NCBI GenBank assembly: GCA_002633005.1
Contig: NMRA01000603.1
Location: forward strand, 1 to 64,000
Length of the DNA: 64,000 bases
Reading direction: 5' to 3'
Source: Phoronis australis
Taxonomy: Eukaryota; Animalia; Phoronida
Position numbers and translations under genes: made by a program
Notes under the pieces: model-generated
Seen by the model: only the letters and a program-made list of their open reading frames with translations
What the model was told of the DNA's origin: nothing
Database searches by the model: none
Shown: positions 13,001 to 23,430 of the stretch, in pieces
Position numbering within the stretch: position 1 is the stretch's first letter
How the letters are laid out: each line of letters begins with the position of its first letter

Positions 13001-16000
13001 ATGTCTTCGGTCTAAGAACAGTAGTTTTATATTTTGGCTGTAGTAAATTAATAATATTGAGACTTGTATTATATAAATGAATTTCTGGCAAAATCAGTAA
13101 TAGGGATTGGATCAAATACACGGTTTTCACACGGTCTTGCAAATTCCGCCATCACCCTGGCATTAAAAGCCCATTATTGTTTTAGCGAACGTTTTATTTT
13201 GTGATTTTATTACGAATCATCAATTCTCGCTGGTGTCTGCCAGACATTCGCTGAAATCATGCCAGGTCAGTGATTTTACCAATTTACCGGTTGAACTGAG
13301 CTTGCAATAGAGTGGCAGACTGTTACGGCGAAGTTTATCGGTTTGCAATCCGGGCTGGGCTGATTTCGGACAATCACTTTCTCGCCAATGATGACACAAA
13401 TCACACACAAGTTATCTCATTGGAAAAAAGTTGCCTTTTTGCTCGCACAAGGCTGAAGATTACTGCTATATGTTGTATGTTTACTCTTGAACGACTTTGG
13501 TGAGTCTGTTACTGATAAGTGTCGCTATCTTTCAGAATGTTCGGTTGAAGGCAAAACCTACACGAATGGTCAAGTGTTTTCACTCAAGTCCGACAATTGT
13601 GTCTCTTGTCGGTGTAAAGACGGCTCCGTCCAGTGTTCCAAAGCTGCGTGTCCCGTACTCAACTGTCCGAAGCACATGGTTTACACACCAGAGGGTGCTT
13701 GCTGTCCAACTTGTAGAGGTAAGAAACTGTCTCTGCAAAAGCTTTAGGCACTATATAGGTGCACGTAACTACTGTATTCCGTTGTCTGTTGGGTAATCTT
13801 TTGTGTTCGGTATTGTTTATTTAGAGTGACTAATGATATTTATTGTTTCGCGGATTAATGTTGCTTATCCTCGAGCTAATTCCAGTTTTGGCTTTTAAGA
13901 CATGCTTTAATCTATTTCATCATTTTCAGGTTCGCGAAAAGTGTTTAGCCTACGCAACCATTGCCTCTTTCGCTACAAAGTCTACAAGTCCAGCCAGTCT
14001 CTGTCAGTCGACAAGTGTACTCGCTGTGGCTGTGACCGAGGTACTATGACGTGCCACCGTCAAACGTGCCCCGTGCTGTCTTGTCCCCGTGTTGACATCG
14101 TCTACGACCCAACCAGCTGTTGTGCTAGATGCAAAGTTACTGCCACGCGATCGTGCGATAAGGGCGTCGTCGTTCACAAGGTTGGTAACTTTCGCAGTTA
14201 ATCTGATACATGTCTTGATTTAAACCAGTCCGTTGCCACAACGCGGTGAAAATATAAATTAGGCAGCGTTCGTAAGTGACGCCTGATCTTGAATTGTCTC
14301 CAGAATGGTTTGAGTAGTGCTAGCCATGGTCAGAAATTTCATTTTCGAGAGCAGGAGGAGCCAAAAACTGTAATGATTTCCGGTTTTGTTTCTTCACCTA
14401 TTGCAACACTGTGATCTTTTTCCTTTTGTTTAGTCATGTAAGAATTGCTTCAGCGATACCATATCCAGTCTGTTTACCAGAATCACTTGAGATGATTATC
14501 TTGCTATTTCGATTCAAATGAAACCTGTAGCACGCTACAACACGTTGTTAAGGTTTACTAGCGTTTACTATTTGTTCAATTTTGTTCCAGCATGGCAACT
14601 TCTGGCGGAAAGATAAGTGTACCACGTGCTCATGTTATGATGGACAGGTCACGTGTGAGTCTCAGCAATGTCCCAATACCGTTTTGTGTCCCACGGTAAG
14701 TTTCTATGCACCACCCAGTAGCTCTATCTGACATTCGTTTGAAGAGCTACCCTATTTCATTAAATCGATTAAGGGATTATTTTGGTATGAAGGCACATTT
14801 CTCAGAATGGTTTTTTGACTTAAAAATGGAGTTAATGTAATAATAAAGGTATATGAATATAAAACAAATTTCGCTGATCTTTTTTCTTTTAAAAATATAT
14901 ATTCTTTTACTAGCTGCCAAAGCTTGTTTTTGTATACCTGTTACAATGGGTGCCACTAAATAATTACTTTGAGACGCGTCTGTTCCAACTTATTGTGGTC
15001 ATCAACAAGAATTTCATTTAATATTCTCTGGGAATTTACATTTTATTTTAAAAGTTATCATAAGCAAGTAATTGGCATCTCTTATTTTAGAACCATCGTT
15101 TGACTACTGTTCCCGGGGAGTGTTGTCCGCGATGCGTGGAAGCTGACGGCGTCTGCAACGTTTTCGGCGATCCTCACTACAGAACTTTCGACGGACTTTT
15201 CTTCACATTTCAAGGTACATGTGTAAGCTTATTGCATTAATTCGAGGGTTCTGTGCTCAATGTGATTTTTTTCCGCACCAACGCGCATTGCTTTTGGTGA
15301 CAGGGCTGCACGTGTGCGTTGATTCACTTCTTTGCCTAAATTTGCATTTTATATGTACCCAAGCGGATATTTTTGGTCATGCTCTGGTGTAATCGTGATT
15401 TAGTCTGCTGGCACCCAGGTTTTCCCTTTGGGAATGTTTTGTTTTTGGATTTGCCACGTCTTGGAAAAGCACTTGAAAATAAATGTCGTGTTAGTTTCAT
15501 TGGCATGTAAAATGTTTTGTTCCTCAGTTTTCGTCTGATCACATTGAATGTTGCAATTAATATATTCCAATTAAACACTAGGGCAATGCAAGTATATGAT
15601 TAGCAAAGACTGCCGTGGTTCAAATTTCTCAGTTGGCGTCCGTAACAGGAATCGGTATAGGAAACCTTTGGCTTGGACCAAGTCTGTCGACATTCAGCTG
15701 CGTGGACACAAAATCACATTGATGTCAAAACACAAAGTGAAGGTACGTGTGTTTTTTTTTTCTAAATTGGTAACTACAAGTGTACTTAATAAAATTCAAT
15801 AATTCCTTAATTTGCACTGGACTGCAGCATAGATTTGTGGGTCCATACTATTGGAGAGAGTGGGCTTTGAACTTACTTTTATTGGTAACCGTTGTGCTCG
15901 TATTGAACTTTCTTGGTAATTTAATAAATTATCAAACATTGATTAACAGCTGCTTCTTAATATCACAATGGTGGGATTGTTCTTAAGTGTTCTAGAATCA

Positions 16001-17995
16001 AAATGTGCATTTTGAGCTCCACATGAGAGACATTTTATGATTTGGAAAATAAAAATGCTGCGAGTAAAAATCAATGAATTATTTCATATCATGATTGCCA
16101 TAGTTTTATAATGCACCAACATCATTGGCTGCCAGCGAAAAACAGTCACTTCTCAAAGATTTTCCGACTTCCGCCCTTCTTAAACTGCACGGCATTTTAT
16201 ATAGTTCTAACACATTTTTAACATTGTCTGTTACTTTCAGGTTCAGAAGAAACCAGTAAATCTCCCTTATGTTGAACCTGAAGTATTCACTGTTGAAAAA
16301 GAGGGCAACTTGGTGGTACTGACCTCATCCGTTGGGCTGAAGGTGTCCTGGAACGGGGATAGTTTCTTGGAAGTGTCGGTTAGGTCGTCTTTCAAACACA
16401 GGTGAGTTAGGATGTAATTAGAAAATGCCCTGACCCAGGTATATAATAATGATGGAAAATATTTTTTGCAGTTCATCGCCGTGTGAAATAGTGAACAGTG
16501 AAAGGTCAGGATACGCATCAGAAAAGTGCATAAAAGCGAAATAAGTCAGAAATCTCGTTATTCGCTCCACACTACTATCTCAGAAAAACGACATTTTCAT
16601 TTCTATAAAGAAGGTATCTCTCACAATATGCCCAGAAGTTGTAAATAATGAGATTCGTGGCACTCTGACATAAATCCTATTATGTGGACAAATACTAGTC
16701 TACAGGCCTTCAAGCTTCTTATCCAACTCCTAGTTAAAGTTGTGACCCTGTAATTCCCAATACAACTTAAAATAAACATTATTCTTGTGTTGTTTTGTGA
16801 GCGAACACAAACGTTGTAAAATTAATATTCAGTAATTTAAAACTAGGACCCGAAGATAAAATTTCGGACGTAAGCCATAATTCATTTTTGAAATATCTTC
16901 AGCAAGTTTTCTATGCAAAATAAGTGATCACAAAAATTATAAGATAACGATGCCGGCTTGAATACCGCTGGTCAACTACGTTTATATTATCTTTCAGGCT
17001 TTGTGGCATGTGCGGCAATTACAACGGCATCAAGAGAGACGATTTTACAGGCAAAGACGGCACTCTGCAACCTAATGTCGAATCGTTTGGAAACTCCTGG
17101 AGATATGGCGGAAAGAATTCGTGCAGATCAAATAAACCAGTCACGGGTTCTAAACAGTCATCTTGTAAGACGAGTTTCTCCAAATGGCGGCGCGCCCATA
17201 AGATGTGCTCCGCTATGAGAAGTAGCCTGTTTTCAGATTGCCGCAAGCAAGTCGACTTCCATCTTTATTATGAGTAAGTTTATAATTAGGAGAAAAGCTT
17301 GTGAGATTCGGCAATTTAAAAGTTTTATTTTTGTTGAGTATCAACATTTTATCAATTTGCAGAATCTTTTTTAGCAATAACGAATCCTCAGAATCCTAGA
17401 AGCCTTGGAATTTGATCTCTGTTTTAATTCAGGAACAATTTGATATCAATTCGGTTGATTAGGTGACCTAAAATACATGTTTTTTGCGCTGGACGGCAGA
17501 TATGTATCCGCTGTAAGGTTATAATTAAAGAACTTGAACAAACTTTTTGGTTTCAGTTTTAATGGTACTGTCAGATTTTTACTTGAAAGCAGAAAAGACA
17601 AACTGCCGTTCTTGCCAAGTCCACTAAGTTCTTTCCACTCAGCCTGCTCGCACAACTGTGGGAGTACAGTTTTGTGCCGGCTTATATAAATGTGCGAGGG
17701 TCAGTGTTGCCACTTTCATAAAAATATTATATTTTTGGTGAAAAGAAAACGTGGACACTTTTTTAATTTTTGTTGAGCAGCAGCACCATAGGGCAGGTGC
17801 CCCCTTTTGGGATCCCTGCGATCGATTGTGTGACGCAGTATCTATTTCTATTGCAGGTCTTGCCTCACCGACGTCTGCAACTGCCCAAAGAAGCACGCAT
17901 GTTCTTGCGATGCAGTCGCCGCGTTTGCTCACGCATGTAAACAAACTGGACATGATGTGGACTGGTCGAAACTCACCGCGTGCCCTCAGATATGA
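10019..17995 (+). CDS. BMPER: BMP-binding endothelial regulator / crossveinless-2 (12 coding exons, 609 aa)
   Basis: Exons assembled by hand with consistent GT-AG sites and phases: 10019-10085, 10706-10791, 11656-11758, 12767-12940, 13536-13718, 13930-14180, 14591-14695, 15091-15214, 15582-15742, 16241-16401, 16998-17273, 17857-17995 (1830 nt, open frame to TGA). Signal peptide [18 protein letters not shown]; [16 protein letters not shown] matches the BMPER/Cv-2 N-terminal clip; five CxxCxC...CCxxC VWC repeats; VWD with [11 protein letters not shown] and [10 protein letters not shown]; C8 domain. Confidence 0.95.
10706..10791 (+). CDS. BMPER: BMPER exon 2
   Basis: [29 protein letters not shown], bounded by AG/GT. 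Confidence 0.92.
11656..11758 (+). CDS. BMPER: BMPER exon 3
   Basis: [11 protein letters not shown]...GACCDVCKG, completes VWC1. Confidence 0.92.
12639..12702. repeat. Perfect 28-bp inverted repeat with 8-nt loop in BMPER intron 3
   Basis: CAAACGACATCAGTAGGTAACATAATTT-cccttttt-AAATTATGTTACCTACTGATGTCGTTTG. Confidence 0.95.
12767..12940 (+). CDS. BMPER: BMPER exon 4 (VWC2)
   Basis: [32 protein letters not shown]...GQCCPAC. Confidence 0.93.
13536..13718 (+). CDS. BMPER: BMPER exon 5 (VWC3)
   Basis: CSVEGKTY...NCVSCRC...GACCPTC. Confidence 0.93.
13930..14180 (+). CDS. BMPER: BMPER exon 6 (VWC4)
   Basis: SRKVFSL..CLF...DKCTRCGC...SCCARC. Confidence 0.93.
14591..14695 (+). CDS. BMPER: BMPER exon 7 (VWC5)
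   Basis: [22 protein letters not shown]. Confidence 0.92.
15091..15214 (+). CDS. BMPER: BMPER exon 8 (end of VWC5, start of VWD, GDPH site)
   Basis: [28 protein letters not shown]. Confidence 0.95.
15582..15742 (+). CDS. BMPER: BMPER exon 9 (VWD)
   Basis: [10 protein letters not shown]...AWTKSV. Confidence 0.9.
16241..16401 (+). CDS. BMPER: BMPER exon 10 (VWD)
   Basis: VNLPYVEP...[16 protein letters not shown]. Confidence 0.93.
16998..17273 (+). CDS. BMPER: BMPER exon 11 (end of VWD, start of C8)
   Basis: [16 protein letters not shown]...FGNSWR...FSDCRKQVD. Confidence 0.93.
17857..17995 (+). CDS. BMPER: BMPER exon 12 (C8, stop)
   Basis: [10 protein letters not shown]...[13 protein letters not shown]...VDW...CPQI*. 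Confidence 0.9.
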
Positions 17996-18700
17996 GTCGT
18001 GTGCTCGGTTCAGCGAATGTTTTTAAGTGATCTCCAAATGAGTATCATCTTTTGGATTCTTATTGTCGTATCTGCTCAAGCCGACAGCTCAGAAATTGGA
18101 ATTCGTTTGACATTACTGATGCAGGATAATGAGGGAAATGTGTGCAATATACAGGTTTGCAGCTTTCAAGTTTTGTGCAGTGTTCGCCAGCTTAAGGGGC
18201 AATATTTTTATGCCATTGAGTTTCACCTGTTAGTTCTTGTGTAAGGCTATGTATGCAAAATATGTTGTATTTTTGTATGTTTATTTATTTTTTGGATAAA
18301 CAGATATTCCTGTAAATATATGTTTTTTCCTAACGGAGTAGTTGCAGTTTCGCTTTAGTGTTGGTGGTAAAAGGTTAAACCAAGTTCATAGGCAACAAAA
18401 AATAAGATGGTGGAAGGCGGAGCCTTGGTTGCTGGTGACAGCCATTAATTAGCGTTAATAACTCTGAACATTTTCACGAGAATGATATGCGTTTAGTCTT
18501 ACGAATATACAGTAAGTAATAAAGAAGGTTACTAAAGCACAACTTGGCACTATGATCGGCACAAGCTTTTTGCCTTATACATGTACATCACCACATTGCA
18601 GTTCACTGGCAACTGTCACAGGGAATGACACACCGAGCAGTGTCAGTCGTGAGCATGATAAAATGTCCATATTTTCCATTAGGTTGAAAATTTAAAATTC

Positions 18701-19448
18701 TTTATCGTAATCTATTTTGCCCGGGGTATGCCACGAGCTATGTTGCAGAGTAAAACAAGAGGAGGATTGAGAATAATGTCATTTATTATGACGTAAATAG
18801 ATAAAACTAAGTAAGACTCTGCAACATGGGCATGGGCAAAACGCCCACCGACGTGTATAGTGAATAGCCCTGAAAGAGGCACCAAAACAAAAAAGAAGGG
18901 CTTAAAGGAAAAGTACAGAACATGAACACAAAACTTGAAAACACCTAACAGGAAGTGTATATGAGATTAGAGAAAAGTAGAACCGACACCCGGGATGGGA
19001 GGTGGAGAAAAATGCAGAGAACGAACGTAGGTCTTGTAGACGACGAGGTAGGTGGCTGAATGAGAGAGACCACTTTGAACTGAACAAAGGAAATACAGGC
19101 GACCAATCAGGTGTCGCATAGAGAAATGTATGAATACAAAAGTAGGCCCTTGAGGCTATAAATAGAAATGAGTAATGCAAATTAAACCCTAAGGATTGAT
19201 ATCAAAATAAAGAGAAAAATGTCAAATTAATGACGATAAATGCATTTAACTAGTTAAATTTAATTTATCATAATCTTTTTTGCCCAGGGTACGCCACGAG
19301 CTATATTGCAGAATAAAACAAGAGGAGGATTGAGAATAATGTCATTTATTATGCCGTAAATAGATAAAACTAAATAAGACTCTGCAACATGGGTATGGAC
19401 AAAACGCCATGATGGCAGCACGGGAATGCTGACATCGCGCATCATTAA
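18701..19448. mobile_element. Unclassified ~750-bp insertion with two ~145-bp direct repeats and a 3' hairpin
   Basis: Repeats at 18701-18845 and 19264-19408; absent from the homologous Academ copy at 48740. Confidence 0.7.
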
Positions 19449-20760
19449 AGGCGAAGGCAACCTTTTTTCATTTCACTTTTAGCAAAAATAAGGTTCGTTG
19501 ATTATCCCAGAAACATTTTTCACTTAATTACAGCTTTTCGTAATTTAATTAATTTCTTGTCCTCTACTCCACAAGTGACGTTTTGGGAGGCAAGAGTTTC
19601 GCGCCAATTTCTTTTCATTATAGTCTGACTGTGAGAGCTGTCGAGTCAGTCATTGTTCTACGTCGGTTGTGATAAGTTTGGTCGTCGTTTGCTTTTGTTT
19701 ACGAGTCAGTTAACATGCCATGCTGTTGCTGCGTGCCGGGATGTATTCATTATCGTCTCACACGCGCTTTGGATACCTTGCGTCGCTTTCCGAAGGATGG
19801 CACACTTCGCCGTACTTGGCTAGCTCGTTCATGCGAAGAACGCAGCGCTACTCGTCCACGCAATGTACAAAGCAGTGGAAGGTTACCGAGTGTGTGGCAA
19901 GCATTTTCTGCCGTCAGATTATGACAGATATGTACGCTGAATTGATGAAGGTCCCTGCGAAACAACGCCTGAAGAATTGTACCACGTCGCTGTTGATTCC
20001 AGGCAGTGCCCCGTCGCCAACCCCGAGAAGTGCGTTTTTGAACCGAGAAGCCTCGCGAACTGTGGTCACTATATACATGTACAGTGATTGCTGGCACTTC
20101 ATCTACTGTCACCCGTGCCTCCGAACGTACCCCCATTGCGTGCAATTCCGGGAACTAGCAGTGTTTCGCCCTGTGCTGTTGTCTCTAGCCCAGAGCCTGT
20201 AAGCAGCCCTGCAGCGATGTTGATTAGTGGGAGTGAGGCCCAGTCCGACACCCAGTGAAGAGGACAGTTCGTCATCCGATGAACAGATCGGTGAGTCTAA
20301 GTTTCATAAGTTTATTGTGGACTCATATTGGAGCTATTTAGAAGGTTCCAGGTGTGTGGCGAGGGAGTCACACGGTGGGATGTAAGCAGTTTGGGTGATC
20401 AAATCACCCTCCAGTGGGAGTGTGTCGCGGGACACTCGAGCAAGTGGGACAGTTCTTCCTCTGTACGTGAGACGACAATGAGTACGCAGTGGCATATTGA
20501 CTGACTCGTAAGCAAAAGCAAACGACAACTGAACTTATCACAACCGAGGTTGAACAATGACTGACTTGAATGCTCTCACAGTCAGACTATATGAAAAGAA
20601 ATTGGCGCGAAATTTTTGCCTCCCAAAACGTCACTTCCGGAGTAGACGACGAGTAATTAATTAAATTACGAAAAGCTGTAAATAAGTGAAAAATGTGTCT
20701 GGGATAATCAACGAACCTTATTTTTGCTAAAAATGACATGAAAAAGGGTTGCCTTCGCCT
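19449..20760 (+). mobile_element. Kolobok-like non-autonomous element with THAP remnant
   Basis: TTAA TSD (19445-48, 20761-64); TIRs of about 210 bp AGGCGAAGG...CCTTCGCCT; THAP MPCCCCVPGC...RRFPKD..LRRTWL...(frameshift)RVCGKHF at 19715-20020. Confidence 0.85.
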
Positions 20761-22408
20761 TTAATTTAACAACATAGCATACACTTATTATGATTTTTCA
20801 CCTATTCCATCATCATTTATATCATCAGTATTGTCATCAAAAGTTGTTTTTGACTGAGACACGTGTTCACAAAGTCTGGAAAGTCACACAACTTAGAGCA
20901 TGGCATGCCTGACTTCAAACAAGAGCACATTTTTTTACTACAACCACTTCTTTTACACTTGCCATTAACATCTTTCATGACATTTTCTGGGGCTAAAGGC
21001 AGCGTCTTCCAGTGGAGCATCAGACTACCCCGCTCCGAAAGCCACACATTAGCAACTGGAGATGGTGCACTGACATGCTGTTGCAAGGCTCGTTTTTGAA
21101 TGGCACACTGGTAGTTTGCTCTTTTAGCTTGTAGCAGCAAACAATCATGATGAGGAGGCAGATCACAGATTTCAACCTGAATATGTGGTAGCGTGCTTTG
21201 TTAACTGTTTATGACTCGCCGTACAGCTTGCATACAAACGGTTCAATGTCTTCCATGAGTTAACAAGGAAACACAAATTTTGAGCCCAACTTTAATGGCA
21301 ACGACAAAGTTATAAAAATATTTCTGGAAGCCTGCACCCTACCCAAAATAGAAAAGTTTTAAGAAAATGAATAGCGTTTTATCTAAACACCTTGTTACAG
21401 TAATCCTATTTAACTGAAATAGATAACCAAAATACTCTTCACTTTAGCACACAGTATGGCCAACAACTAAAATTTCATTTTGTCTAAGTGCTCAACAAAA
21501 ATAAGCATTAAGAGGAATTTGCATCATTAGTGGCATTGATTGCACTGTTCAGCTGCCTTCAAACAATTTAAAACATAGAAGCATTTTATCACCCTCAATA
21601 CAGTAGTTCAGCCTTTGAAAAATAGAGGAATGGTCATGTTGACCATAGTTTTTGTTTGAAATTGAAAAGCATCTTCTTTACCGTAGAGCTAAAATTTCAT
21701 TTGATGCTTCCTTTTTCAAATAGCACATAATTGGAAGAGTAAAAATTTCCCTTAGCTAAAAACTCCAATTCATGAATCTTCAAAATGTGAGATACTGAAA
21801 TCTGCGCAACATTTGAATTTTCAAGATAAATGAATTACAGAACACAGGCAATATTTCCATTTTTTTATTTCTCAAATTCCAATCACTGCTGGTGATTTTA
21901 TATAAAAGGATCTCAAAATAGGCTTAGAAGTCCATAAAAAGCAGTCACACTGTGCTGATCACTCAGATATAGGTAACTACTGCCAGTACATTTGAGATTG
22001 AGACCACTATTACTACAAATTTATCAAGCAAAATAATTTTTGTTCTGTGACCTAAACTAAAGATTATTTACCATAAGTGAAACCTTTTCAAATTAAGAAT
22101 AGGTAGGCGTATTTACAATGTTTGGAACTGGGATAGGTTTTCAACTTTTTTTGTTTGTGAAGTTCCCCTGTGATGAAATTTGATTTGTGGCAAATGGTTC
22201 ATTGTGGTGGCAAGACATATAAGGTATATTTCTTTGAGCACTGTTAAATGTACATGTAACTAACAGTGACAATCTCCTTAAGTTTTTCGTGGGCTCAACA
22301 TTATTTCCATCATCAGCTTGGTCTCTTCTTCTTTTTAAGAGCTCTTTTAATTTTTGTACATCCGTTAGGTGTCTGTAACACTGCTTGTGATAGAAGCATG
22401 CGTGCACC

Positions 22409-23430
22409 TAGGCAATGACCATCGCCTCTGTTGGCCCGAACCAGAGGTGATGCAGCTCCTATAGGCGCTCTGTACGCCGGAAGCTTTTCGGCGAAGTATG
22501 CCTCGCACCGACTAAACCATCAAAGTCACGTTGTTATAAATACCTTTTGCGCATAGATTAACACCTTAGGAGGTTGTCGAGGTGTTTAATTACTTCCAAC
22601 TCGAACAAATACTCCCGTTATGAAACTTTTTCTTCGAGCAGTCCCTATTTCAGTTCCCAAAATCGTGAACTCACCATTTTTATACTGCACACGCTCCAAT
22701 TTTTACTGCGCTCGCAAGGTGATGTGACTTCATCATGACCTCAATATTTAAATAGGCTAAAGTGAGCCATTGCGGTCTTGTCAGTCAAATGTTCGTTTCC
22801 AAAATGCCACCACTTATATATACTTGTCTTTAATTGGTGTTACTTGAAACTGATTGTATTTCAATGAATTATTGTTTGTATTTGATAAAAATAAATGCTG
22901 TTGATATGACATTTAATAGTCTTTGTGCACATACTGTATTTGACATTTCAATGTTTAACAACACGGCAAATGCACGGCTGGTTCCCGGCAGCACGTACAT
23001 GTACGCAAAGGGCGGGAACTTCAGCTTTCAAAGTTCGCCGGTAGGAACGCAACTTCCGACCTTCGGCCTGGTTAAAAAAATCTGCGTGCGCCGAGTGAAA
23101 ATGTTGAGTTCACGATTTTGGGAACTGAAATAGGGACTGCTCGAAGAAAAAGTTTCATAACGGGAGTATTTGTTCGAGTTGGAAGGAATTAAACACATCG
23201 ACAACCTCCTAAGGTGTTCCTCTATGAGCAAAAGGTATTTATAACAACGTGACTTTGATGGTTTAGTCGGTGCGAGGCATAATTCGCCGAAAAGCTTCCG
23301 GCGTACAGAGCGCCTATAGGAGTAGGCGATGACCATCGCCTCTGTTGGCCAACAGAGGCGATGGTCATTGCCTACTATAGGAACTGCATCGCCTCTGGTT
23401 CGGGCCAACAGAGGCGATGGCCATTGTCTA
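22409..23430. mobile_element. Non-autonomous long-TIR element with 9-bp TSD (AcademH- or MULE-like)
   Basis: TAG...CTA termini, TIRs of about 290 bp, TSD GCGTGCACC (22400-08, 23431-39). Confidence 0.85.
23323..23374. mobile_element. 52-bp hairpin mini-element inserted in the TIR of its own family
   Basis: Near-perfect palindrome of the family's terminal 26 bp; TSD CTATAGGAG/CTATAGGAA; the opposite TIR shows the empty site. Confidence 0.85.

Noticed and set aside
16267-17246. Minus-strand ORFs over BMPER exons (also 55737-56468)
   Set aside because: Antisense shadows of real or pseudo exons
18865-18890. CTGAAAGAGGCACCAAAAC as a minimal hammerhead ribozyme core
   Set aside because: Departs from CUGANGA/GAAA and has no convincing flanking stems
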